This document shows positions 6,230-14,822 of a DNA stretch of 17,593 nt, piece by piece. Numbering within the stretch: position 1 is the first letter of the stretch; each line of letters begins with the position of its first letter. The DNA comes from an uncultured Methanosarcinales archaeon (lineage in GTDB: Archaea > Nanobdellota > Nanobdellia > Woesearchaeales > JAGVZT01). Location of the stretch: assembly GCA_964419615.1 (NCBI GenBank), contig CAYQPU010000034.1, positions 1 to 17,593 of the forward strand. The letters run 5' to 3'. Under the pieces are notes generated by a model. The model saw only the letters and a program-made list of their open reading frames with translations, did no database searches and was not told the origin of the DNA. Position numbers and translations under genes: made by a program.

Positions 6230-6448
6230 TTTATTTTTATATGTAAATATATTCTTTTTCTCCTTTTTTGTGCACAAATCATTATTTATACTGGTTATTT
6301 ACTATAAAATGACATTCCCATATATAAAAGAATGCAACCACTTTAAAGTAGATATGTGTTTTTAATATATAGTCACCTGCAATAATGATATTAGATTTTT
6401 TGGCAGCTTCCTAATACTAAACCTCACAAATAATAATCGAGTTTTGGT

Positions 6449-7225
6449 TTAGTATATCTTCAATGCTTTTCTAAGTACTGTACTAAACACAAGTGAAAAA
6501 ACAAAATATATTGCAAACCAGCCAGGATAATATCCAAAAGCATTAAATTTTCCAAGTGGTCTTGTTTGCTGCAAATCAACACTAATTTCCTTAATGTTAC
6601 TATCACTACCAATACCATCTCCCATTGGAATAATAAAAAACAGCTTCCTTTGTTTTTCAAGTTTAGGATTATTATTACCTTCACCAACCAAAATGTTTAG
6701 TTTGTATTCCTCATTGCCATACTGATAATTAAGTTCATGACTCCCTTCCTTGCCTGTTAATGTCCATGAGACAGATTGGCCTTCAATCACTTGGACTGAG
6801 TTATCAAGCAGCTCCAACCCTTCAGAAACTTTAAGAGTAATATCACCTGGTGCAACACTCTCAAACTTAACAGTTGAAGTAAACTCTTGGCCTGGCATAA
6901 GTTGAGCATAAGCAACAGTTGAACCAAGCCAATTAAAGACCATGAAAATAGGAATCAATGTAATAAGCATAATCTTCATTGTTTGAGGAAGTATCTCCAT
7001 GGAAAGTTCCATAGACTTTTTCTGCATCTTCATCATCTTATCTGGATTATCCTTGTACTTTTTCATATCCTCTCTCATCTTCTTTTGTTGATCTTGGATT
7101 GACTTCATCTTTTTTTGATCAGTAACCAATTTCCAAGTAAACATACTAAACAAAGAAACAAGCAGAGCAACAACTCCAATAACTACCACAGAAGGTAACG
7201 CTAAAAAACTTGTAACTAAACTCAT
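6449..7225 (-). CDS. DUF106 / EMC3-TMCO1-like Oxa1-superfamily membrane insertase with an inserted extracellular beta-domain
   Basis: 258 aa arranged as TM1, a Met/Lys/Gln-rich coiled coil (DQKKMKSIQDQQKKMREDMKK), TM2 (MLITLIPIFMVFNWL) and a terminal TM3 (GWFAIYFVFSLVFSTVLRK). It sits in the usual position after secY and has Shine-Dalgarno GAGGTG. Confidence 0.88.
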   Translation of the reverse strand: MSLVTSFLALPSVVVIGVVALLVSLFSMFTWKLVTDQKKMKSIQDQQKKMREDMKKYKDNPDKMMKMQKKSMELSMEILPQTMKIMLITLIPIFMVFNWLGSTVAYAQLMPGQEFTSTVKFESVAPGDITLKVSEGLELLDNSVQVIEGQSVSWTLTGKEGSHELNYQYGNEEYKLNILVGEGNNNPKLEKQRKLFFIIPMGDGIGSDSNIKEISVDLQQTRPLGKFNAFGYYPGWFAIYFVFSLVFSTVLRKALKIY

Positions 7226-7247
7226 ACTACACCACCTCTTATATTTT

Positions 7248-8660
7248 CTATACTTTTACAAACTTACGCAAAGCAGGATGCATATCCATCATATGCTGTT
7301 TTGCAATCTCTTCATACAACTTGTAAATAATCATAACAGCAAGCAAAATACCTGTTCCTCTTGAAAGAGCTCCCATTAAATCAGCAATTCCTGCCAAAAA
7401 TCCAACAAAAATTGCACCCATTACTGTTAAGGGCATAATGTATCTGCTTAATATTCTTTCTAAAATCCTTTCATCTTTTCTAAAACCAGGAATGTGTAAA
7501 CCTGAAGACATCATATTTTTTGCCTGACTTCTTGCATCCATTCCAGATGTTTGAACCCAGAATAAGGAGAATAGTACAGAACCACCTATCATAAATAACA
7601 TATAAACAAGAGCATGTGATATATCTGGCCAAGTCATACTTGATGTAACAATCTTTTGCATCATATTTGGCGCGGCAAGCCATGAAACAAGACCTGTCGA
7701 AGGAGTATTACCAACAAAGGTTCCGAGAATAGGTCGACCCCAATTTTGCAGTAACCTAGCCCACAACTGAAGATTGGCCATAAATGCAGAAACTAAAATA
7801 ACTGGAATGTTACTTGTGTAAATAAAATTCAATGGCCATCTAATGCCTTGACCTCTAACTCTTCCAAAACTAAGTGGAATTTCAATTTTCATAGCTTGAC
7901 CATAAATGGAAATTGCAAACACGATAACTGTCGCTAGTATTGCAGTCAATGCAACCATAACACTAGTTAGACCTTGACTTCCTTGTGGTAGGAAATAAAA
8001 TATTTGAAGAAGCCTACCAATCGGCTCTTCTCCTGATTGGAAAAACAAATGACCACTGGATGAAAACGGACTTAACAAACTCAAAAATATTGCTTTAGAT
8101 ACACCAGCTGCAATAAACAAGCTAATACCTGAACCAAAGCCCCATTTACTAATAACCTCATCCATAAACATAATTAAAAAGCCGCCAATAAACAACTGTA
8201 CAACAAGTAAAACTTGTACTATAAAGTATTGCTGAGTTCCTGCCATACTAGCGGCCGGTGTAAGTCCTCCCATAAATACATAAATAATACCCTCAAAAAT
8301 TATAAAAAATATTGACATCGCTTTCTGCAGCCCTTGGTAAAATGCCTTATCATCTGGTTTACTTAAGTCTAATTTTAACAAACCTGCACCAGTCAATAAT
8401 TGTAATACAATAGATGCGGTTACGATTGGACCAATACCAAGTGAAATTAAACTTCCAAATGAAGCACCGAGAATAATCTCAAGTTGTTCAAACCGAAACT
8501 GATTAGCTTGATCAAGTCCAAACAAAGGAATCATTCCTAAAATAAAGAATAGAACTAATGTGATAGCTGTCCATTTTAGCTTTTCCTTAAAAGGTAACCT
8601 CTTTTGTGTTGGTCCCTTAACTTCAGGAAGATTCAAAAGTATTTTCTTAATTAAAGACAT
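7248..8660 (-). CDS. secY: Preprotein translocase subunit SecY (Sec61-alpha)
   Basis: Archaeal SecY motifs LGIGPIVTASIVLQLL, DEVISKWGFGSGISLFIAAGV, PLNFIYTSNIPVIL and GTGILLAV. The start is set at ATG 8660 because GAGGAG precedes it; the ORF track uses GTG 8666. Confidence 0.98.
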   Translation of the reverse strand: MSLIKKILLNLPEVKGPTQKRLPFKEKLKWTAITLVLFFILGMIPLFGLDQANQFRFEQLEIILGASFGSLISLGIGPIVTASIVLQLLTGAGLLKLDLSKPDDKAFYQGLQKAMSIFFIIFEGIIYVFMGGLTPAASMAGTQQYFIVQVLLVVQLFIGGFLIMFMDEVISKWGFGSGISLFIAAGVSKAIFLSLLSPFSSSGHLFFQSGEEPIGRLLQIFYFLPQGSQGLTSVMVALTAILATVIVFAISIYGQAMKIEIPLSFGRVRGQGIRWPLNFIYTSNIPVILVSAFMANLQLWARLLQNWGRPILGTFVGNTPSTGLVSWLAAPNMMQKIVTSSMTWPDISHALVYMLFMIGGSVLFSLFWVQTSGMDARSQAKNMMSSGLHIPGFRKDERILERILSRYIMPLTVMGAIFVGFLAGIADLMGALSRGTGILLAVMIIYKLYEEIAKQHMMDMHPALRKFVKV

Positions 8661-8662
8661 TC

Positions 8663-9121
8663 TCACTCCTCGGTTGAAGCCAAAGCTTCTTTTGGAAGAA
8701 TTACTTCTCCTCCGGCTTTGTTAATTTTTTCAACAGCACTTTTTGAGGCACTGCTTGCAGTAATCTTAAACTTCTTAGTAACCTTTCCACTACCAAGCAG
8801 CTTATCATAACCTAATTCCTTTAAATTAACAACAATAAATCCACTCTTTTCTTTTAAATCGAATTTTGTGGATATTCCCTTTTCAATATCAGAAACATTA
8901 ATTGATCTTACATTCTTCCTTTTTTTAATTTTAAAACCATACTTTCCCAAGTATTTTGTATTTTTCCAAATTGAGGGTTTATTTTGTTCTCCTCTCTTAC
9001 CTCTACCAGCGTTTCCTCTTCCGCCTCTGCTTCCAGCTCCTCTATGTTTTTTCTTTGAACCCCAGCCATGAGTACCACTACCTCGCTGTCTAACAACCTT
9101 TTTCCTTCTTCTAATAACCAT
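8663..9121 (-). CDS. rpl15: 50S ribosomal protein L15 (uL15)
   Basis: Motifs RGSGTHGWG, HRGAGSRGGRGNAG, LGYDKLLGSG and ASKSAVEKINKAGG. The ATG at 9121 overlaps the rpl30 stop (TGATG); the ORF track uses TTG 9124. Confidence 0.96.
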   Translation of the reverse strand: MVIRRRKKVVRQRGSGTHGWGSKKKHRGAGSRGGRGNAGRGKRGEQNKPSIWKNTKYLGKYGFKIKKRKNVRSINVSDIEKGISTKFDLKEKSGFIVVNLKELGYDKLLGSGKVTKKFKITASSASKSAVEKINKAGGEVILPKEALASTEE

Positions 9122-9552
9122 CAAATCATCCTCTTGATTAAATCATTAATTTTTTTGCCTCTATCTCCAAGAGAGCCACCTTGCTTAAAACTTTTCTTAA
9201 TACCCATTCTTTCAAAACCACCCTTTGGCGGATCTAATCTAAAACAAGGCATGTACTTTTTTTTGTTAAACTCAAAATACTTGGACTTATACTCAATTAA
9301 GCCTTTTGAATCTTTAACTCTGCCTTTGTAAGGCTTTGCCTTTTTTTCAACCAATAATTTTAAAGTATCATCATCAATCTCACCAAATGTAACAAAATCC
9401 TTGACTTTCTTGATCATTCCAGCCATACTTGGATTATTATCCACCACAGCGCAGCTGTGAGTTCTAACAATGTTCAGCATCTCCATTGTAGTCTTAACAT
9501 CTCTTCTAAGACCTACTCTTCCTCTTAACCGTACAACTGCTAATTTACTCAT
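9121..9552 (-). CDS. rpl30: 50S ribosomal protein L30 (uL30, long archaeal form)
   Basis: Motifs LAVVRLRG, GMIKKVKDFVTFGEI, FRLDPPKGGF and GSLGDRGKKINDLIKRMI. It lies between S5 and L15. Confidence 0.96.
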   Translation of the reverse strand: MSKLAVVRLRGRVGLRRDVKTTMEMLNIVRTHSCAVVDNNPSMAGMIKKVKDFVTFGEIDDDTLKLLVEKKAKPYKGRVKDSKGLIEYKSKYFEFNKKKYMPCFRLDPPKGGFERMGIKKSFKQGGSLGDRGKKINDLIKRMI

Positions 9553-10459
9553 CTTTCTTTACCTTTCCTTCCAGGATACCAAGTAATTTGTAATGATCTT
9601 CTTGGACTCTTGTACTCATCAACTTCTTTAAAGCAGTTAAACAAGCTTTCATTAAATTAACCTTAGTCTGAGTCTGTCCAATAGTATGTGAATAAACATC
9701 TTTTATTCCAGCAAGTTCTAAAATTCGCTGGCATTCTTTTTCAGCAACAAGACCGGCACCTTTAGGAGCAGGCATTAATTTAATCTTTACAGAACCAACC
9801 TTGCCTTCAACTGCAAATGGAATTGAGTGAGGCTCTTTGCATCCGCATTCCCAACTTCCACATCCTCTTCTTATCTTAATTAGATTCAGCTTTGCTCTCC
9901 TAAATGCTTTTTCTCTGGCTGGAACTGTTTCTTTAGCTTTTCCCTTACCAATTCCAACATAACCATTTCTATTTCCAATAACTGCAAAAGTAGCAAATGA
10001 TGGTTTGTTTCCTTCAGGAGTCTTTTTCTGAGTTTGTCTGAAAACTCTTCTCTTTCCTCCACCAAATTTACCTTTAGCTTGACCTGCAAGCAATAAATCC
10101 TGCTCAAGATCCGGCATTAGAGCATCAATAATCTCAGGCTCCATAATTTTTATTCCTTTATCAATAATTTGATCAATATTATCTATTTCACTGGATTTAA
10201 CTTTTTTACCAAGACTAGTTCTCGGCTTCCAAGCCTCTTTGTCAAATTCTCTTTTTTCTTTTCTATCTGGTCCTCTTCCAGACCTTTTACCTCTTGGTTT
10301 GTTTCTGGATTTAGTACTAGGTGAATCTGCTTTCTTCTGTTTTGGACTATCTTTAACAACCTTTTTTTCACTAGCCTCTGGTTTCTTGGTTGCTAATTCA
10401 GCAGGAGTTTCCTTGGCTTTGGTTTCTTTGTTAGGAGTTTTTATCTCTTCTTTACTCAT
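9545..10459 (-). CDS. rps5: 30S ribosomal protein S5 (uS5) with a long N-terminal extension
   Basis: Motifs WKPRTSLG, GNRNGYVGIGKGKAKE, RRGCGSWECGC, MPAPKGAGLVA and LAGIKDV. Confidence 0.97.
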   Translation of the reverse strand: MSKEEIKTPNKETKAKETPAELATKKPEASEKKVVKDSPKQKKADSPSTKSRNKPRGKRSGRGPDRKEKREFDKEAWKPRTSLGKKVKSSEIDNIDQIIDKGIKIMEPEIIDALMPDLEQDLLLAGQAKGKFGGGKRRVFRQTQKKTPEGNKPSFATFAVIGNRNGYVGIGKGKAKETVPAREKAFRRAKLNLIKIRRGCGSWECGCKEPHSIPFAVEGKVGSVKIKLMPAPKGAGLVAEKECQRILELAGIKDVYSHTIGQTQTKVNLMKACLTALKKLMSTRVQEDHYKLLGILEGKVKKDE

Positions 10460-11010
10460 TTTATATCCTCAATCTTCTTTTTAACTAATTTGAAATGCTT
10501 CTCAATATCTTTTGGATCAAGTTTATTTTTTGCATACTTTGAAAAAACATCTGGATTACTTTTTGCATACTCTGCAATATGTTTACCATTAATCCTTTCT
10601 TCAGGTGGGAAAATTTCTTTCGAATGAGCAATTTTCATGCCACCATCAACAGCTCCCTTTAACAGGGCATAAATTCTTGAACCTTTGCTACTCTTAAAAT
10701 CACCAATATCTAAAACAGCTTCTTTTTTCTTTGATTTCTTAGCAATTAAAAAACCAACAAGATATGCAGCTGGAATATTTCCTCGATTACCTTTCCATCC
10801 AAGTTTTTCAAGTTCTTTGGAATGTGCACTACAAATTAATTTATCCCCGCTAGGTTCATACTTAACAACCTGTGCAAGAATATTTTTAGATGAAGGTCTA
10901 ACAACTAATCTTGGCAAGGCAGACTTAACTAACTTCAGTCTATTATGATAATTAGTTTTCCCTTGCCTTTTCCTTCTAAAATCTATTGTAAATGTTTTAT
11001 GCCTTCTCAT
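10456..11010 (-). CDS. rpl18: 50S ribosomal protein L18 (uL18, archaeal type)
   Basis: Motifs RRKRQGKTNYHNRL, PRLVVRPS, NIPAAYLVG, ALLKGAVDGG and ERINGKHIAEYA. Confidence 0.96.
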   Translation of the reverse strand: MRRHKTFTIDFRRKRQGKTNYHNRLKLVKSALPRLVVRPSSKNILAQVVKYEPSGDKLICSAHSKELEKLGWKGNRGNIPAAYLVGFLIAKKSKKKEAVLDIGDFKSSKGSRIYALLKGAVDGGMKIAHSKEIFPPEERINGKHIAEYAKSNPDVFSKYAKNKLDPKDIEKHFKLVKKKIEDIK

Positions 11011-11452
11011 TTTTTGCTAATTTATTCTCCTCAATATAAAGTTTGATATGTCTTTTGCTTCTGAAAAACCCTCCTTTGACCTTTCCATAAAGCATTCTAT
11101 AATCCTTTCTTGCGATAATTTCCTTATCTCTAAGTTCTTTAAGGAATCTTCTCATGATCCTAACCTTATTAATCCATTTCCTCTTTTTTGAAAGTCTGGC
11201 AGTCTTCTTCCCTTTCTTACTTCCTTCGCCGCTCTTTCTTCCCTTTCTTTTTTGAACAAGAATCTTTCTTGCCCTTCCTCTTGAAGTTGAATTGGATGGC
11301 TTTTTCATAATAGCATGATCCTTTATTAGTTGTCTAATATCAAACTTAGTGATTGCTTCACCAATCTCATCCAATCTACCTGGATTAAACCACACCTTCT
11401 TTGGTGAACACTTCATTACATCTGCAGCCAATCTTTTTCTTGATCTTAACAT
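10997..11452 (-). CDS. rpl19e: 50S ribosomal protein L19e (eL19)
   Basis: Motifs KRLAADVMKC, KVWFNP, AITKFDIRQLI, GEGSKKG and LYGKVKGGFFRS. Confidence 0.97.
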   Translation of the reverse strand: MLRSRKRLAADVMKCSPKKVWFNPGRLDEIGEAITKFDIRQLIKDHAIMKKPSNSTSRGRARKILVQKRKGRKSGEGSKKGKKTARLSKKRKWINKVRIMRRFLKELRDKEIIARKDYRMLYGKVKGGFFRSKRHIKLYIEENKLAKNEKA

Positions 11453-11461
11453 TCTAACTCC

Positions 11462-12070
11462 TTACCTTTTTTTTGTCAAAAGCTTATCTTGTTCCTTTTT
11501 CTGCTTGTCTTTTATTTCTTTTTCAGTCTCAGGTTTTTTCTCATCAGAGTCCTTTTTTACCATATCTTCAATAGAATCCGACTTCGCAGACTTTTTCTTT
11601 TCTTTCTCAATCTTTGCCTTTTCCTTTTTCTCTTTATCAAGCTTTTTTGCTTTTGAAGCTTTAATATCCTTTTTAGCATCTTCCAAATATCCCTTTGGAT
11701 CAACTAAGTTTGCAAATGTAAATCCTTTATCCAAAGCTTCCTTTACAATCTCAAGCTTTTTTCTACGACCAATTTTTGAAATAATAATGGCATGTTTTTT
11801 TGGATCAAGCTCTTGTAGTGAAGCTAGGTTTGCTACATTTACCAACTCTTGCCCAGATCGATGTAAACCTCTAACTTCTTTAGGTCCTCTCCATCCTGCA
11901 TCAACACATCTTCTATAACCCCTGAACTTGTGCCTCATCTTTGAATGTAAACCTTTTGGCTTTCTCCATTTTTTCTCAAGCCGTTTCATCTTATGAGCAT
12001 CTTGTCTAATAAACTCAGGTTTCTTTTTTCTGATTGTTTCCCTGATCTTTAGTAATTTTTCTTTATCCAT
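11462..12070 (-). CDS. rpl32e: 50S ribosomal protein L32e (eL32) with a Lys/Glu-rich C-terminal extension
   Basis: Motifs KKPEFIRQD, KWRKPKGLHSKMR and GPKEVRGLHRSG. It lies between L6 and L19e. Confidence 0.96.
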   Translation of the reverse strand: MDKEKLLKIRETIRKKKPEFIRQDAHKMKRLEKKWRKPKGLHSKMRHKFRGYRRCVDAGWRGPKEVRGLHRSGQELVNVANLASLQELDPKKHAIIISKIGRRKKLEIVKEALDKGFTFANLVDPKGYLEDAKKDIKASKAKKLDKEKKEKAKIEKEKKKSAKSDSIEDMVKKDSDEKKPETEKEIKDKQKKEQDKLLTKKR

Positions 12071-12071
12071 T

Positions 12072-12608
12072 TTATTTAGCCTTTAGAGTTATGTAAATTC
12101 CATCTTGGAAAATTCTGTGATCATATTTTGTTCTCTTTGTTAATTGTTCAATAGAAGCTGCTGTTTGTCCTGCAAGATCCTTATCAATTGACTTAACTTC
12201 AACCTCATCTCCTTGCACTTTGACATCAACACCATCCCTTAGTTTAAGCACTCTTGGAATCTTTTCTCCAAAAAAGTTTTTAACAATAAATTCTTTATTA
12301 TTAACGCTAACATTCATAGGGAAATGCCCTGAACATATCTTGAGTTTGTACACATATTCATCTTGTACACCTCTAACCATGTTATTAATATGAGCATTGA
12401 AAGTGCCAATAAACATCTTCTCTCTTTTGCTTGCTTTTTTTGCGAAAATTCTAACTTTACCATCTTTAACTTCAATAGTAACTCTTGGATTAAGCAACTT
12501 TTTTTCAAGTTTGCCCTTTGGACCTTCAACTACGACAATATCATGATCAGTCTGCACTTTGACAGCCTCAGGCAGTTCAATGATTTCTTCAATAATATCA
12601 GCTTTCAT
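12072..12608 (-). CDS. rpl6: 50S ribosomal protein L6 (uL6)
   Basis: Motifs VVEGPKGKL, HINNMVRGV, SGHFPMNV, NFFGEK, AGQTAASIEQ and RIFQDGIYI. The start is ATG 12608, just after the rps8 stop. Confidence 0.97.
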   Translation of the reverse strand: MKADIIEEIIELPEAVKVQTDHDIVVVEGPKGKLEKKLLNPRVTIEVKDGKVRIFAKKASKREKMFIGTFNAHINNMVRGVQDEYVYKLKICSGHFPMNVSVNNKEFIVKNFFGEKIPRVLKLRDGVDVKVQGDEVEVKSIDKDLAGQTAASIEQLTKRTKYDHRIFQDGIYITLKAK

Positions 12609-12609
12609 C

Positions 12610-13002
12610 CTAGTAACAATAGGCAAATAACCTTCCTCCAAGTTTCTTTTTCTTTGCTTCTTTGTGAGTCATAATTCCTTGAGTTGTTGAAACAATTATG
12701 ATCCCAAAATCCTTTGCAGTCAGATACCGTTTTTCAAATTTCTCAAATTCAGTATTCTTAACTGAAAATCTTGGTTTTACAACACCACATTTGTTAATCC
12801 TATTAATTAATGCAACAGTAAGGTAATTACCTCTGTTTGTTTTCTCTTCTTTGAATTCCCCAATGTAATGATTATCCTTCATTAATTCCAACACTCTCTT
12901 AATAATCTTAGAGCTCGGGCTAACCATAATCTCTTTTTTTCCAACCTTCTCAGCATTAAGAATGCTACTCATCACATTTGCTAACGGATCGTTTAATACC
13001 AT
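12610..13002 (-). CDS. rps8: 30S ribosomal protein S8 (uS8)
   Basis: Motifs [40 protein letters not shown] and GGRLFAYCY. An alternative ATG at 13008 overlaps the rps14 stop. Confidence 0.97.
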   Translation of the reverse strand: MVLNDPLANVMSSILNAEKVGKKEIMVSPSSKIIKRVLELMKDNHYIGEFKEEKTNRGNYLTVALINRINKCGVVKPRFSVKNTEFEKFEKRYLTAKDFGIIIVSTTQGIMTHKEAKKKKLGGRLFAYCY

Positions 13003-13007
13003 ATTCA

Positions 13008-13238
13008 TCAACTATATTTTTTAAACCCAATTTTCTGGGCTATTTCTCTAAAACAGTGCCTGCATAAATTCAGACCATACTTTCCAACATGCCCCCCAAT
13101 TCTCTGGCACCTTCTGCATCTTCTGTTTACCAAACCACAATTTCTCTTTTTTGGTTGGTTGTGTTTTAGAAACTTAGCAAGCTTTACTGGCTTGTTCTTC
13201 AATTGCTTAAACACTTTCTTGTGATCACTTACAGTCAT
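13008..13238 (-). CDS. rps14: 30S ribosomal protein S14 (uS14, zinc-ribbon type) with an N-terminal extension
   Basis: Pattern CRRC...[15 protein letters not shown]...GFKKY. It lies between L5 and S8. Confidence 0.96.
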   Translation of the reverse strand: MTVSDHKKVFKQLKNKPVKLAKFLKHNQPKKRNCGLVNRRCRRCQRIGGHVGKYGLNLCRHCFREIAQKIGFKKYS

Positions 13239-13747
13239 TCTATATCAACCTCAATCTTAAACTTATTTTTCATAAAATCTATTGCGTCTTGCTTTTGAAC
13301 TAAGTGGGCTTTCCCTACTTTTGCCTTAAGCAATTTTCTTTTTTTAACTCTAAATCCTGCTCTTTGTAAAGTAACACAAACTTGCAGGCCAATAACACCT
13401 ATGTCTGGATCATATCTCATACCTGGAACATCAACATACTCTACTAAACCAAAATTAACATTACCATGTTCATCAAAACAGTTTGGTTTTAACTTATTTT
13501 CAACAGCTTCTAATAATCTTTTTAGTAAATCTTCTGCATCTTTTTTCCTGACTGTAACTTTACATCCAACTGGAAGTCCTGGCCGAACACCCCAGGTCGG
13601 AATTCTCTTGCTTGAGATGCTCTTAATTGGCTTTCTACCTGTAATATTTTTTAAAAGCACAAGAGCTTTTGATAATTTATCCTGGTCTTTTCCTGTACCC
13701 ATATTTAGGGTAACCTTCTCAATCCTTACTTCTTTCATCTTATTCAT
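13235..13747 (-). CDS. rpl5: 50S ribosomal protein L5 (uL5)
   Basis: Motifs [48 protein letters not shown] and RAGFRV. Confidence 0.97.
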   Translation of the reverse strand: MNKMKEVRIEKVTLNMGTGKDQDKLSKALVLLKNITGRKPIKSISSKRIPTWGVRPGLPVGCKVTVRKKDAEDLLKRLLEAVENKLKPNCFDEHGNVNFGLVEYVDVPGMRYDPDIGVIGLQVCVTLQRAGFRVKKRKLLKAKVGKAHLVQKQDAIDFMKNKFKIEVDIE

Positions 13748-14439
13748 TTCAGCATCAATATACTAGGCTTTTTAGAGCCGATTATGAGCACATTCTTTTT
13801 TGAAGTTTCATGGACTTCTCCAGCTTGGGATTTATACAAAACAATCCTATCTTCAACCTTATCAACAACTCCATGATCTCCAATGTGTCTTCCACCAGTT
13901 AAAAACACATAAGCACCTTTCTCTAACTTAAAATGCTCCTTAACTTTTTGAGATGGAAGCTCAATAAGCAAAGTCTCTCCTGGTTTAAATGAATCTTTTT
14001 TAACCAAAATATTATAACCGTTAGATAGATTCACCTGTAACTTACTACCTTTCAATACAGTCTTACCAGTTATTTTGCATGGCTTAAATGTACTTTCTTC
14101 TTTCTTTATTTCATTTAATGTCAGATAACCTTTCCTATCAATAAGCATCCTGTAATATTTATTGATCTTTGGAATAGATAACACGTCCATCAAACCAACT
14201 GGAAACTTAACATCATTTCTAACCTTACCATCAACCAAAGCCTCTCCATTACATAATAGATACTTCACTTCTTTGGTGTTCTTAGCAAGACCAAGAACAT
14301 CCCTTAACATAACATTAAGTGGCATACATCTCTCAATTCTATGTGGTCCTGGATTTGGTTTAGTTATGAATTTAGTTGTTTTTCTCTTAACTTTCCAGCT
14401 TCTTGGAGCTGTCAACCTTTTCATATGTGATTTTCCCAT
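13744..14439 (-). CDS. rps4e: 30S ribosomal protein S4e (eS4)
   Basis: Motifs HMKRLTAPRSW, PNPGPH, VDGKVRNDVKFPVGLMDV and TGGRHIG. Confidence 0.97.
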   Translation of the reverse strand: MGKSHMKRLTAPRSWKVKRKTTKFITKPNPGPHRIERCMPLNVMLRDVLGLAKNTKEVKYLLCNGEALVDGKVRNDVKFPVGLMDVLSIPKINKYYRMLIDRKGYLTLNEIKKEESTFKPCKITGKTVLKGSKLQVNLSNGYNILVKKDSFKPGETLLIELPSQKVKEHFKLEKGAYVFLTGGRHIGDHGVVDKVEDRIVLYKSQAGEVHETSKKNVLIIGSKKPSILMLK

Positions 14440-14441
14440 TC

Positions 14442-14822
14442 TTATTTCCTCTTAATGGCCTCTGACCTTTTCTTATCTGAACTATCAAGTTCAATAATCA
14501 TTAATTTTGAAGGATGAATTGGATAAAAGGCTTTAGTGCCATCTTTTTTTGTTGTCTCAGCACCTCGGACATAAACCTTTGTTCTCTTGGAGTCAACTCT
14601 TTCAACCTTCCCAACATGCCCTTTATACTGACCTCTCATAATCGTAACTTTATCATTCTTCCTGACTGCAACCGCTCTCTTTCCATGTTTTTTACGAAGT
14701 TCTTTTGACAAATGTGCTCCTAAAAACTTATGTTTAATATGAAGTGGTGCTCTTGTTCTAAACAAGTTCTGCTTTCTTTTTTGCTTACTTGCTTTCCAAG
14801 TACTTGAAAATTTTATTCTCAT
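14442..14822 (-). CDS. rpl24: 50S ribosomal protein L24 (uL24, archaeal type)
   Basis: Motifs KQKRKQ, APLHIKHK, HLSKELRKKHG, VRKNDKVTIMRG and PIHPSKLMIIEL. The start is ATG 14822, with an ATGA overlap with the rpl14 stop. Confidence 0.96.
   Translation of the reverse strand: MRIKFSSTWKASKQKRKQNLFRTRAPLHIKHKFLGAHLSKELRKKHGKRAVAVRKNDKVTIMRGQYKGHVGKVERVDSKRTKVYVRGAETTKKDGTKAFYPIHPSKLMIIELDSSDKKRSEAIKRK

Noticed and set aside
6175-6448. Possible rpl34e remnant, small ORF or ncRNA in the 274-nt intergenic gap
   Set aside because: I found only very short frames (for example an 18-codon plus-strand ORF at 6309), with no L34e motif and no Shine-Dalgarno. There is no GC-rich stem or tRNA-like structure.
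6460-6687. Same-strand alternate-frame ORFs nested in genes (6460-6687, 7480-7683, 8908-9096, 9886-10107, 10183-10371, 12314-12529)
   Set aside because: They are short, lie fully inside conserved genes, and show no Shine-Dalgarno or slippery-site evidence.
11349-11918. 189-aa plus-strand ORF, and similar antisense ORFs (654-860, 1426-1878, 5589-5840, 9068-9331, 13401-13766, 14162-14455, 14823-15224, 15541-15846 and others)
   Set aside because: All lie antisense to well-supported genes. Their Phe/Ser/Leu-rich content mirrors Lys/Glu codons on the coding strand, and none has a recognisable motif, Shine-Dalgarno or promoter.
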